From assembly GCA_028023455.1 (NCBI GenBank), contig JAQFVV010000009.1:310001-374000 (forward strand): a stretch of DNA of 64,000 nucleotides, read 5' to 3'. The translations under genes were made by a program, and so were the position numbers. The notes under the pieces were generated by a model. The model made no database searches and had not been told where the DNA came from. It saw only the letters and a program-made list of their open reading frames with translations. This document shows positions 1 through 12,774 of the stretch, piece by piece. The first letter of the stretch is position 1, and each line of letters starts with the position of its first letter. Source of the DNA: Epiperipatus broadwayi (Eukaryota > Animalia > Onychophora).

Positions 1-2682
1 GATGCAATCAGCAATTCAATTAAGTTACTGGGAGTTGCCTAAATGACTGTCCAAACAAAAAATACTGTGAATCTCTGTATTTCTATACTATTAATGGAAA
101 ATAAACCTCATCATAGGTAGAGTGATTTGAACCACTAGGAGTCTAAATCTGTGATTAAGAAAATTAACATCAATGATGAAGCAAGGAATAATTATCTTCC
201 TCTTTTCAAAAAAGGACCTGGGAAATTAAAAACGTCACTAGAGGACTAGAGTTGCACAAAAAAAAAAGATTGGTCATTGTAAAGCCCCACAAGGTGCTCA
301 TTGCTGAGAACAGAGAAAAGTGGAAGAATAATTGACAGAATTAACAAAGGGATTCTAACCTATATGGAAACTTCAGAATGGTTATACCTATCACTGTAAT
401 AGCAAAATCTAATATAAGTGAAGTTCAAAATTGGATCTTAGCAATGCTTTCTACAAGATATCACTAATACTGAAAGGTCATAGATATTAACAATTATGAC
501 CCATGTAGATCTTTTTAATTACAAATATTTTTCAAATAAAAATAAATGTATTAGTGATAGGCATGGAAGGAGTAATCTCTTAACAACATTTTAATAATGG
601 TGAACACAGAATTAGCACTGTGATAAAGAAATGAAAACCTGCAACCAACTTTTTAATTTTGGAGCCTTAATTCAGAGAAATGTATATTGAAGGTCACCAA
701 ATTAAACTTTCTGAACACAGCAGCCACAGTTTGAGCTGCCAAAAATACATTGACAAAGAACTGCAAGATTTCCTGAGCCTTGTGAAGTATTTTGAAAGTT
801 TCCTAAAGGGGAAAGGCCCTCATATCTCAACCATGTATCTTTTAAGAAAGAATCAATGATGGAAGTCAGAGGCTGAACAAAAGACTGCTTTTATTACAAC
901 TAAAGCTTAGCTAACTTCAAATAATTTACTCACTACAATGATAAACTAAATATTACTTTCATGAATGATACATCAGAGTATGGAGAGGGTGAAGTCCTAT
1001 ATCACTCCACAAAATTAAGTGAGAGACCAATAGCTTTTGCATCATGAACTTTGTCAAAAGCAGGAATAAACTACAGCCAGTTGAATAAATAGGCTCTGGC
1101 CATTATACTTGGGGGATTAAAATTTTTATCACTATGTTTATGGCAGAGAGTTTAAGTTCATCACAGATCGCAAGCTGTTGCTGGAGATATTAGCAAAAGA
1201 TAAAACAGTCCCAGGTCATCTGAGACTTAGAGTGACACACTGGCTGGACCTTCTGTCTGAATATAATTACAAACTGATCTACAAGAAAGGCAGCAATATC
1301 CAGGATGTAGATGCATTATTCAGATACCTGAATAAGACTGAAAACTCTACAAATGAGAACTGAGTAAACTAATAAATGATCTATAATCTAAAATCATCAA
1401 CAGCAAGATAATAGCAGAATGAATCAAAGCAGATCCAGGTTACCAAACCCTATTAATTTGCAAAAGGGTGGCATGCAAGATGTTCTACATATTTCTACAA
1501 AGGCTTATGGAAAGTATGTGAGAATTTATCAGTTAATAAATGCTACAGACTCATGAACAATATGATAGTGATTTCAAACAGTGGCACAATAAAGTATTGG
1601 ACATTATTCACTAGGATCAACCTAGAATAGTAAGAGCAAAGATCTCTAGCTCATAGCTATGTCTGATGGCCAGGGATTAATACTTATCTGGAAGAATATG
1701 TTAAGAAATATGAAACATGTCAAACAAGGCTGTCTTTCACTGAAGAAATACGTTTCATGGCCATTCACACAAAACCCACGGTAATGAATTCACTTTGACC
1801 ATAGAAGGGATGTATATTTTTGATACTCATAGATGTGAGTATAAAATAAAAAAAAATACAGATGCAGATGTAAATCATTAAAAATCTGCAACAAGAGATT
1901 TTTGTAGTTCTTGGAACCCCAAATATGCTGGTATCTGACAATGAAGTTGCATTTGTTTTAGAGAAATTTGCAGACTTTATAAAAGAAGGAGGAGTGGGGC
2001 ATATCTGAACATCATCCCAAGTCAAATAGAATCACTGAGCAAGTGCTCCAGCAAATAAAAGTGAGTTTTAAGTAAAATTAGTTTCAGTAATATGAAGCTC
2101 TGCACAATAGTACTCCATCAGCTGCTACAGGGAAATCTCTAGCAGAAATATTAATAGGAAGGACAATTAGAACTAAGCTAACAGTGCTATTACCTAACAA
2201 TAAAAAAATCTAGAGTTAGCCTGCAACATGAAAATAATTTTAAAGTTGAGTTGGAGACAGCATCTGGGTGCTCTTTTTAAAAAAAAATGGAAAAAACAAC
2301 TATTACCACATCGATTGCAAGACAGTTCAATGAAATTGTGACAGAAGATGGTGAGATACTTCATAAACATCTAAATTATATGAAGAAGCACTATCAAGAA
2401 TATAACCTTAGATATACCGAGGCAATGCTACAGATAGCAATGCATCACATGCATACAAAGAAAATATGTTAGCCCTCAAATTGTTAATCTAGAGTGATGA
2501 GTCAGGGACTGCAAAGGTATAAGCGGACCATCCAAAAGAAATCTACTTACTCAATCAAGGCAAGTCAAGCCAGAACCCAATGTCAGATGAGACAAAAAAA
2601 AGCAGAAATCATATGGAATCAGAAAACCATTTAGTCAACAGACTATTTATCTTACGACTATTTTCTGGAGTAATGGGAGTAC
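1..2682 (+). mobile_element. Decayed Ty3/Gypsy (Mag-like) LTR retrotransposon pol, 5' end outside the window
   Basis: Interrupted readings: RT (DLSNAFYKI), RNase H (ERPIAFAS*TLSKAGINYSQL..., HWLDLLSEYNYKLIYKKG), integrase zinc finger (SLAHSYV*WPGIN), core (LGTPNMLVSDN) and STPSAATGKSLAEILIGRTIRTKL. Many stops and frameshifts. Purine-rich PPT-like run just before 2683. Confidence 0.88.
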
Positions 2683-3306
2683 TGTATTACAGCTTAGATG
2701 CATTCGCACATATATATATAGAGTATGTGCATGATGTATATGTTTGAGTGCATATTTATATATTTATAATTGAATTAATAATGTTATAATATTTTAATGA
2801 TATTAATGTTATATTAATAAATAATATCACATGAATTTTGTATATTATTGATAGTATTAATGTTGTATTGATAAATGATCTATAATAAAATAAATTATTT
2901 TTGTATTCAAGCATATACCAAATATGGATGTGCTCGAATAATTTTGTCATTACACAATCATCAAAGTTCAGCCAGGCCATATGGTCATTTCAATTATATA
3001 AATGATGAATACTCAAACTGGTCCCATGTATGGTCACGTTTGTTAATATTAAACTATATATGTTTGAATACTAGGTACTTCAGAACAATAAGAAATAACG
3101 CCCTCCAAATCACTGGTTCGGGAAATCATAGATTCGCTCTGGAAGTGTTTAACGTAAGACTAGGTTATCTTTTTATAGGTCACCTTGATCTTTTGTTTTG
3201 TACATTTTATGGAACTACTACTAAGTGTATATATATAAAGACAAGTTAATAAACTATGTTATTAGTCTAAATTATCTCTCATTCAAATATAATTGTTGCT
3301 GCTACA
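2683..3306 (+). repeat. Probable 3' LTR of the element at 1-2682
   Basis: Begins TGTATTACAGC after ggagtaatgggagtac and ends GCTGCTACA (imperfect inverted termini). TATA-like run near 3230 and AATAAA at 3248-3253. The second LTR is not in the window. Confidence 0.6.
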
Positions 3307-4199
3307 GCTTATGATCCCAAACTGGCAAAACTAATAGGTATAACTATATATGGTTGGCCACAGCAATTCCAAAGCGAGTCAGTTCACTTTCTTTTGGTAT
3401 CCATCCTCTCTCTCTTCACATTTTTTTAAAAAGCCAGTAAGAAAACAGAAATTTAAAAATTGTAAACACAAAAATTTCAAAATATCTGTCAATTACAAAT
3501 CAAAAGTGATTGTTTGAAATTCAATTAATTTTGTAAATAAATATTAGATGGTATTACTATGACAAGAAATCCAAAGAAATCTTGAAAACTTAGGATTCCC
3601 CCACCTCCCATTTTCTCAAACTATAGAAGAAATTGAAGACAAATACTACTAAAAGTTTGTCAAAAAAAAAAAAAAAAGATCTGTCAATAAAAATAAGAAA
3701 GTGGTTTTAGATTCCATTTTGAATTTATAAATTACGATAAATTGTCATTTTTCCAAAGAAATCTTCAATTGATCGATTAGTCATCCCAGTATTCTTTCAT
3801 GACTTCAAAGCAGTGTTTAGAGACTAAATTAAAGAGAAAATGAAAATGTAGATAGTTGACTAGATCGGTACCATGAAAAAATGAGATAAAATACCGTAAA
3901 AAAAATTATACTGAAAAATAGAGACAAGGGAACACTAGTATGATAATTAATATTTCTAATTTAATCTGTTGATGAGGAGTCAGAACAATAACTATGTTAG
4001 AAAAAATGAATACAAACAAATATTTTGATCCAATCTGTTGATAAGAAAATCACCCCTGAAAAATAACAAATAATCTTATTAAATCAGTGAAGTGATACTT
4101 TTTTAAATTAAAATTATATTTTACACAGATGATTATATTGACAATTTTTTTAAAATAATAATATTAAATCAGATAATTGCTCTCTGCCAATTCATTTAG

Positions 4200-6300
4200 A
4201 TATTAGGAAGATATGTAGATTGATGAAAAAACAGCTCTTTATAATATTAAAAAGGGAGAGGCTGGAGGTCATGAGATATCTGAAGAAGTTTTAAATTTAG
4301 TAGTGCTGTTAGCTTCAAAACTATTCCAATATTTTTTACAAATATAAAGATTTATGAAATTGTGTCACCCAGTCTTAAGAATATTTCTATTTTTTTCAAT
4401 TTATAAAATAAAGAGAATTAAGATTGGCTATCCATTCAGCAAAAATATTTTGATGGATTTTATTGAATAGGATGCTTCTTATCTTAAATGAGTTGTTACC
4501 AAAGACTCAGTATCAGTTTAGAAAATCAAAAATAATTATGGACATGGTTTTTATTTCAAGGGAAAGAGAAAAAAGTATTATGAATAAAAGCATGATGAAA
4601 TAATATAAAATGCTCTGTAATAGGATATGATTACTAATTCTTTATTATTTATGGTATATGTTGGCATACCATTTATGCAATAAAATGTGAATAAAATATT
4701 TGGATATGATCGTGCTCCAATAAATAGTTGGAATCATGTGTGCTTAATGAAAATAAATGATACAAATATATTAAATAGCTTATTTCCTTATATACATGGA
4801 CTTAAAATGATGATTCTTAGCAATGTTACAGAATCATTATCTTTATTTTGGGTGATGTCCATATAAAACCAAATAGAATTATCCATACCCATAACAATAC
4901 TTCACTATCATTTTCCAGTACCTATCATCAGTAGAGCAAGAAAATTCCACCAAATATGAGTATTTTAATAAACAATCAAAATCTTTATATTTAAAATATA
5001 GAGCTAGTACAGAATTGCTTTTTGTCGATAGATTTCTTTCATCTATTTATATACTTATACTATTAGTTTATTAGTTACCTTGTAATAATAGATAATATAC
5101 AGTTGAAGTGATTCTTCACTTACATAGATTAACTATATGATTCAGATTGTATGGAGGCAGCAATAACTGATCTATTCAGATTTCTAGTAATTTATCAATT
5201 ACCTTGGGTATAGTTAGCCTGCATCTTCTGAATAACAGCACATTTTGAATGACAGAGTTCTGCTAGTAACAGAACATATCTACATAAGTTTCTAAAATCC
5301 TGTGCTTCAATATTTATAGTTATCTGGTAGGAATTGTTCAGATGAAAATATCTCGGAAAAATAAGAGTAAATTTTTTATTTCTTAAAATCATTCAAAACA
5401 AGTTTACATTGTTTAGTTTGAGACAGAAACAATTTATTAATTAAAATTTATTTCTAATCCCTTTTGCTTTTTTCTGAATTCTTTTATTATCTACAGTACT
5501 TATTTCAGAATATTTTTATTTCATAACAAATCAATAACGTGTCTGAATTAGAAAAACTAATTAATCAATTTACAAATGTAGATCTTTTATAGCCTTTAAA
5601 TAACTCACTTTAAAATATAATTATACTTTTGCTTGCTTAATTTTTAAATATTATTTATTTAAAAATTCTCGAATCATTTCTATTTGAGATGAATATTTTC
5701 TGGATATGATGCTTTCTAAGCACCATATTCAGAAAATATTCATGTCAATATATTGCTTCGATCAAAGATATTTGTCCTAATTTATCAAAATGTTTATGAT
5801 ATAGTACGTTATATCTAGATATATTTGTGATTGATTCATATGATCATTGCAAAAAAGGTTTGCATCAGTCAATAAAGGTTAATTCTTGATAATATAAAGA
5901 TTAAAACTGGAACATTGCAAAAGTAGGCAGGGAATTAAGCTAGAAAAATAATTATAAGAGTTTTGATATTACACATTGAATCCACAAAATGCAAATAAAA
6001 ATAATTATCAATTTGTGAGATGTAAAGTATTTTATTTTTTACATTTATGTTAAGGATAAAAATACAGTGATGAATAATTTCAGGTGTTTGTTTATTTTAT
6101 TAGAGCATGTTGACTGCCACGTGACTTATTCATGGAAGAAAATCAAAAATAATTTTATATGTTCATAAAGACAATTCAATGAAAATCCCATCTTTCATTA
6201 TAAGGGGGACAGGATCAGTCCTTCCAAGTACATGATCTAGTTTTGTAGAAATATATTTGTTCAGCTAATGAATATAATTGCCAAATATTTGTTTAAGGAT
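4200..6300 (+). pseudogene. Highly decayed RTE-type LINE reverse transcriptase
   Basis: Broken readings KKGEAGGHEISEEVL, ELLPKTQYQFRKSKIIMDMVFISRE (cf. LPESQCGFRPGRGTIDMIF) and TELLFVD (cf. ELLFADD, near 5010-5030), plus weaker downstream C-terminal remnants. Confidence 0.6.
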
Positions 6301-7389
6301 ATTCAATGGACAATGAAAATAATTAAGGCCTGAATTAATTAATATTCATTTTAGTCAAAGACATAATGTAAAAATAAATATTTAAAGCTATAGATTTTTA
6401 ATTTTTATAAAATTATGGAATTGGTAAATTAATTAAGATCTTTAGTAAACAAGCTGAAAGGTCAGAAATGATTTTGAAACATCCTCTGTAGATTGGCTGA
6501 TTAGCTTTTGAGTTTTGAAAAACAATTTTTGGTCAACTGGGTGACTGTCATTGTAAAAAGACCATATAAAGTTCAAAATAAATATTTCTAGAAAATTCAA
6601 TGCTTATTTTTATTCAGACAAGTCAGTTTAAGCACTTCATCCATCCAATAACCTACATTAAAAGCTGCTGCAGATAGTGAACTTGACTTGATAAAAAGAT
6701 AACTTTCATTGGCAAGTTCTAATTCCAGTGAAACCAACATGAAAGTCATTCATTCTATAGAAATAAGGAATCAAGTCATCAATGACAAAGAATATTTTTC
6801 ATTAATACTCCAAAAATGTATGATAATTCACCGTTTTTAAGTTTTCTCAGGATGTCTGGCCAAGAATCACTAACCATTTATCTGTCCATATCACTTTTCC
6901 AAGCAGATAATATTAAAAAAAAAAAAAAAGAATAACCTGTCCAGTCATGGCGTGAAACTTTAAGTTGTATCTGGAGTGTGTTGTACCAAAGGATGGATCA
7001 TTGGTACCCAAAGTTGATTTGCTTAATGAAACCAACCTGTGTCAATACAATGGACAAACCACACATGGTTTTAAAAATAACTATGCTGTGACAGGAAATT
7101 GTATTTTAAATCAATTGTGAGGCTTCAAATTTGACATATATGTAAGGTATCAATGTTTGCATGCAGAATTTCTAAGTAAAATAATACCAAAAAAAATTAT
7201 TATTCAAATTTTAAAAGATCTAAATTTTAAAATTTAATTTTTCAAGAGGAGATAATTTTGCCATTTTAAAGAAAATATTAAGATAACAATTTTAAAAACT
7301 TTTAAAACCTTAATACTTATGTAATTTTCATGTTAATATTTAAGTGTTTACATAGTAGAAACAATTATTTGTCATATATTTGTATTTTT

Positions 7390-7494
7390 TTTCCATATGT
7401 CATAGCATCGGCCGGGACGCGAACCCACAACCGTCTGCAACCAACTACTTGCTTGCATAGCGGCTGCGATACCTCTCGGCTAACAACGCAAGAC
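7390..7494 (-). pseudogene. tRNA-derived retrocopy or short SINE with 14-bp TSD
   Basis: Minus strand shows A-box TAGCCGAGAGG, B-box-like GGTTCGCGTCC and a partial acceptor stem GCGTTG/CGATGC (7405-7489), then a short trailer and A-run. Flanked by direct repeat atatttgtattttt (7376-7389 and 7495-7508). Confidence 0.65.
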
Positions 7495-7758
7495 ATATTT
7501 GTATTTTTATCTTATAATTGTGAAGTAAGTTCAATAATTTGTTTTATTAATAATAAATATTACTTTATTCCCATTTTCATACACGTATATTTTTTCTCCA
7601 TGATTTAATTAGTTAAGAATAGTTTAGAGTGTGTGAGCCTTCATTCTTAATGTTTATATTTTACATCAGTTGGAACCTGGAAGCAATAATGTGAAAAAAT
7701 TTTGAAAAAAATGCAGAAAGATAAAAATGTTTGTAGGACATCCTTTCATTTTTGAAGG

Positions 7759-8124
7759 TGATGGTCCACAACCTTTTTGCACTTAAGAGCACATTCTATA
7801 ATACTGGCCAGGTGGCGGGCACCATTTATTTTTTCAATGTAAATTTATAGTTGGATATTGTTAATAATAAACATAATGTACAAAAAAATATTTATTTCAA
7901 AAATAAAATTTTAACATATAATTAACGTTTATATTTTTATGCTGTAAAAGTATAGTATGCCCTACAATTTGATGACAATATAATACAATAATTTATAAGA
8001 AATTTTAAAAATTAAATTTATTTGTATCAGATACATAATTTTTTATCGTGTTCGAATAACGGCGGGCACACATAAAATGGTCTGCGGGCACCATGGTGCC
8101 CGGGCATAAGGTTGGGGACCCCTA
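7759..8124. mobile_element. Non-autonomous hAT MITE, older copy
   Basis: Reverse-complement homologue of 19494-19895. Right TIR GGTTGGGGACCCCTA, left TIR degenerate, no clear TSD. Confidence 0.8.
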
Positions 8125-8149
8125 TTCTATTAATTGAATCTAAAGCAAA

Positions 8150-10780
8150 CAAGTTCCTTGGGTACTTTGTAATGTCATGGTCAGATAAGAGTAAAAAAAT
8201 TAAAGATTATATATTTCCCACTCTGGAACAGATCGACCAAACCAGGCATGGGCCAGAAAGGAAAATCATCAGAACCAATAAGAACAAAGGAGATCATGTG
8301 TGATCAATATGGATAATTTGATAAGGGAGGCTATAAAATTATAAAAGATGAAATATTAAATGATAAAGAGGCCTTTTACCACTTAGAAAATGAAGTAACT
8401 GATGATTCTTGAACTGCATTGTGGACCCCGAAATATATGGGTCTTGCATTGAATTAATTTCCTGTTGTGCACCAGCTAACTGGCCTCCAAATTGATGATT
8501 ATTGAAAGGCAGCAAACAACGGACCGATCTCAGAAATGATATAAATATTAAATGAACTTCGATTGGATGGGTGCGACGCATCATAGACAAGACAGACTTC
8601 AAATAAATCTACCATGGAAAGTATTAACTTTTGTTTATTTAAATTGAAATAGGAACTTAAAAAAAAAATTTAAAAATAATTAAAAACTTTTCAAATATAT
8701 AAACCTCTAAAAAAATCTCTTATCTAATTGAGCGTAAATTTAAATTAGTCATATTCTCCCAATATATTTGCTAATCAATCATTTCCATTTTTTACTTTTC
8801 TGTTATAATTTATTTTATGGTTTGTTGTTTTATTTAATAACCAAATTTCTTTTAAATGCATAGATTTGTAGGATTATGTTTATATTAGTTTAAGGGGGTT
8901 AATTTCGGGCTGTCTGTCTCGTAGTTGAATTGAGGTTGGTGGAGGAATGTATGGGTATTTCATGTCAATGTAATATGAAGTGCACTAGCATATAGGGCTT
9001 AGTATCCCATTTAAATGCATGGCCCAAAAGTAGCCATTGTGTTGCCAATGGATGAAGATGTATTCCCTGTGCCATTGATTCTCCTCGTTCTATGGATTGG
9101 GACTATAAGACAGCTCTCCCTCCATACAAAGCATTTCATATTCTTCATATTAAATGATTACTTAACTTGCCAGACAAATGCACATTCCTGTACTGGATGA
9201 TGATCATTCTTTCTTAAATAATATCATGCTGCAGATGCACATTCCTGTCAGTATGATTTTATGCTGACATCTTCATGTTGCATCGATCACATCGATATAT
9301 CATTAATTCTGGCTTTGGTTTAACTGCAAACTTATAACCTGGAGTTAAAAGAGTAGAGTTAATCAAGGACATAGTCTATGTAGCCTATCTATGCCTAACA
9401 TTCTAATATAATAATATATTAAGTTAATATATTAAATTGTATAAACTGTCCATCTGTGCGAACTTACAAAGATATCAAAACTTAAAGTTAAAATAATAAT
9501 AATAAAATCTAAAGCAATGTTAAATAATTTAGTCCTCAGATTTATTTTATATATGTATTTCATTCCAATATCAGCCTTTCAAGCTAATTGAGCATGCGCC
9601 TTTTGAGAGTGTTAAATAAATGAATACTCTCCTCTTCAATCCAAGATATAGTACTTATGCAGGAATAAAAAGAATCCCTCTTATTCCTACGACTCAAATT
9701 CTTTTATATGAGCAAATCTGAAGAACTGTTGAAGAGAGCGTGAGTAGATACTCACTTTAAATTACTATTTACGATGTTTTTTGACTGAATGATGTCGGTG
9801 TAATTACTTAGAATTTACTAAACGTCATTCTTACTGAAACTTAATTATGAGTAAATAAGCAAATATTTTATCTAGCGCCGTGCTTGCAATTATATTTCAT
9901 TCCAATATCAGCCTTTCAAGCTAATTGAGCACGTGCCTTTTGAGAGTGTTAAATAAATGAATACTCTCCTCTTCAATCCAAGATATAGTATTTATGCAGG
10001 AATAAAAAGAATCCCTCTTATTCCTACGATTCAAATTCTTTTATATGAGCAAATCTGAACACTCTCAAAAGGCGCGTGTTCAATAAGCTTGAAAGGCTGA
10101 TATTAGAATGAAATATAATTGCAAGCATGGCGCTAGATAAAATATTTGCTTATTTACTCATAATTAAGTTTCAGTAAGAATGATGTTTAGTAAATTCTAA
10201 GTAATTACACCGATGTCATTCAGTCAAAAAACATCGTAAATAGTAATTTAAAGTGAGTATTTACTCACGCTCTCTTCAACAGTTCTTCAGATTTGCTCAT
10301 ATAAAAGAATTTGAGTCATAGGAATAAGAGGGATTCTTTTTATTCCTGCATAAATGCTATATCTTGGATTGAAGAGGAGAGTATTCATTTATTTAATACT
10401 CTCAAAAGGCGCGTGCCAATTAGCTTGAAAAGCTGATATTGGAATGAAATATAATTGCAAGCACGGCGCTAGATAAAAATTTGCTTATTTATATATGTAT
10501 GTAAATAAATGTTTGTGTGATTATTACTGGCAGTGGCTTAATTTATTATCTTTTTTCTTTATTAAAAATATGTTTTAAGAATTTATATCATTAAATCTCA
10601 GCTACTCCATAAGCTAGTGCCTGGGGCATATCGGTCGAAGTAAAATGGAATCTTAACAAGAAGTATCTGCCTATTATATAAATTTTCCAGTTTCAAATTG
10701 CCTGGTGGCGCCCCCTACAGCAGATAGAGTAAGGAAAATTGCCCGACCATTATAATACTAAGGTCACTATCCATAATTTA
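8150..10780. repeat. Unclassified interspersed element (possible solo LTR), homologous to about 36170-37930 and carrying a foldback insertion
   Basis: Colinear shared blocks with the 36-38 kb copy: tagttgaattg, cagatg(c/t)acattcctg, ctggcagtggctt, gagctagtg, tggaatcttaaca, gtatctgccta. Ends are approximate. Confidence 0.5.
9559..10490. repeat. Foldback of a 338-bp tandem unit, flanked by a 10-13 bp direct repeat
   Basis: Unit atttcattccaatatcagcc starts near 9557 and again near 9895. From about 10057 the same array runs in reverse complement to about 10490. atatatgtat at 9549-9558 and 10491-10500. Confidence 0.9.
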
Positions 10781-11977
10781 TACAAATATTAAAATTTATG
10801 GGCAATATATTTTAACATTAAGTACATAAAATAAAATTTAATTGAAAAATTAATATACACAATAAGACATCAACATAAATAATTAACAAAAAAAATAGAA
10901 TTTAAGTAATGCAGTTATAATACATTGAAAGATCACATTCACACAAGTATACAAGGTATGCTTGACTGCACTCAAATCTACATATGTATGAATGTAGATG
11001 TGTTTACTCTATCATTCAAAAAAAGAATGCTATCCCCTCCAGACTTTTTATTATAAAAATTGAGAAGATGAAATGGAAAAAATACAATTAAATAATGTTA
11101 AATTTGTATATTTCAAACATAGCAGAGGTCACTTTCTTCTTGTCCTGTAATTGCAGTGACAATGGTTGCACTGTGAATTTAAAAATTACTTTTTTTTTTT
11201 GCAATAATTTCATGATTGCAAATAGAATTATTGCAAAGTGTCACTAAGTGTGCAAGACAAAATACTATTGTTGTTATTGTAATATGTATGAAATTATTAA
11301 TTTTTAATTTTTTATTTACCATTTTTTTTTTAAAACGTTAATGAATTCTCAGATTTTAAGATTGCTAATATGACAATTAGATATATGCACACACACATAC
11401 AATCTTGCTTATAAAAATATCTGAAATTATTTATTACTTTATTTAAATATGAATTTAACATGTTCACACACATAAAAATAGAATTAGCAATGATTTTAAT
11501 AGCTTTTGTTTTTGGAAATGCATATAATAATGGAATATTTAAAATATTTAATATTTCTTAACTAAATACTTTATTATAAATACTCTATAACTATATTAAC
11601 AAATTTAGAGAAAAATAATATACAAAAATTAAAAATGTATGAAAAAAAAATTAAAACTTTAGTAAGTATTTATAATCATTGGAAAAAAATAATATAAAAA
11701 TATTGTGATATATTGAAAGTAAATATTTTTAATAAAAACAATAAGATTTACATAAGGAGATAAATAAAAATGAACTTTTTGAATTCTTGTCAATCTTATA
11801 AAATGATAACTCATTATTTTGAGACAAAAATAAAAAGAGTGGTAACCGGGATAATATTCAAATTCAAACATTTGAAATACATTTCTGTAACTACCATATT
11901 CTGTTATTCAGTATATATTTATGCATATAAATAAGATTAAAAATGTATATATACTGCTACAAAAGAAATACAGAATG

Positions 11978-12206
11978 TTAAGCTACAGAGCGAATAGTCA
12001 TGTATAAGCAAGTGGCAAGGCTTCCAAACACCCAAGTGCGCCAATAAATAGATCTAAAATCCTCAGAGAAAAATATTGGTAAAGCTAGTATTGTCCATAC
12101 TATAACGGCAGGAAGTGTGTGCTGCAGGCCCAATGGGATTTGGTAACATTTGCCTTCAAACTGTCCTGAATGATTAGGATTAGAAGAATAAAAATTGCAC
12201 ATAAGC
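11978..12206 (-). CDS. AGPAT5: AGPAT5-like 1-acylglycerol-3-phosphate acyltransferase, terminal coding exon
   Basis: Acceptor tttttactttcag|G, then LMCNFYSSNPNHSGQFEGKCYQIPLGLQHTLPAVIVWTILALPIFFSEDFRSIYWRTWVFGSLATCLYMTIRSVA*. Aligns from memory with the vertebrate AGPAT5 C-terminus (MLIEFYESPDPERRKRFPGKS...KKTLPSML...RKLYVNTWIYGTLLGCLWVTIKA). Phase 2 matches the previous exon. Confidence 0.88.
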
Positions 12207-12510
12207 CTGAAAGTAAAAAAGTAAAATTAATAGCAAAAAAAAAAAAAAGGCAAGCAATATAGTTTACATAGTAACTAATAATATTTCAAGCTTAAATATA
12301 CAGTAGAGACAAATTTATAATTCTTTATATCATTTTATATATACAAATTTTTATTTTTTATAATATTACAATTTATAATTGTATTAAAAAATTGAAACTT
12401 GTAATAAATATATAGTTGTGTTTACCTAAAATGGTCTTTAAAACATCTATCTTATTTCAAAGCAAGATTTCTAAAATGTTTCAGTGAGCTAATTCATAAA
12501 TATAGTTTTA

Positions 12511-12774
12511 ACAGGCAAAACTCTCTATACAATAGTTCCACTCAGTGCAAGCCAGAGTAATCAATGGATGCAAGAAGATTTGTGCATAAAATCCCTATCT
12601 AGTATCTACTTATCCAATATCCCCAGACTAATTTTAGCACTGCACCTAGATCTTAGGATCTAATGCAACCCTCCAGCAGCCACCTTTTATCTTTTCTTAA
12701 CTATAAAACTATCAGACTAAAATTGAAAAGTTTGAACAAGCATAAGAAATGGTGATCATGTGATGTTTAGTGGT
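12511..12774. mobile_element. Hammerhead/PLE-type family 1 insertion, ribozyme core deleted
   Basis: Antisense arm acaggcaaaactctc...ccaccttttatc plus sense tail aagcataagaaatggtgatcatgtgatgtttagtggtt. TSD taaatatagtttta (12497-12510 and 12775-12788). Confidence 0.85.

Noticed and set aside
7404-7489. Functional tRNA gene
   Set aside because: Mismatched acceptor, D and T stems, no clear anticodon loop, and a TSD plus A-tail indicating retroposition.
8420-8500. Tc1/mariner WPPN-like motif (PANWPPN)
   Set aside because: No SPDLNP continuation, other DDE blocks or TIRs.
8930-9070. RTE C-terminal zinc-finger-like reading CQCNMKCTSI*GLVSHLNA
   Set aside because: The segment is colinear with the non-coding repeat near 37100-37300, where the motif is not kept. 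Probably chance.
9700-9860. Hammerhead in the 338-bp unit (CTGAAGA at 9718)
   Set aside because: No stem II followed by GAAA at a workable distance on either strand.
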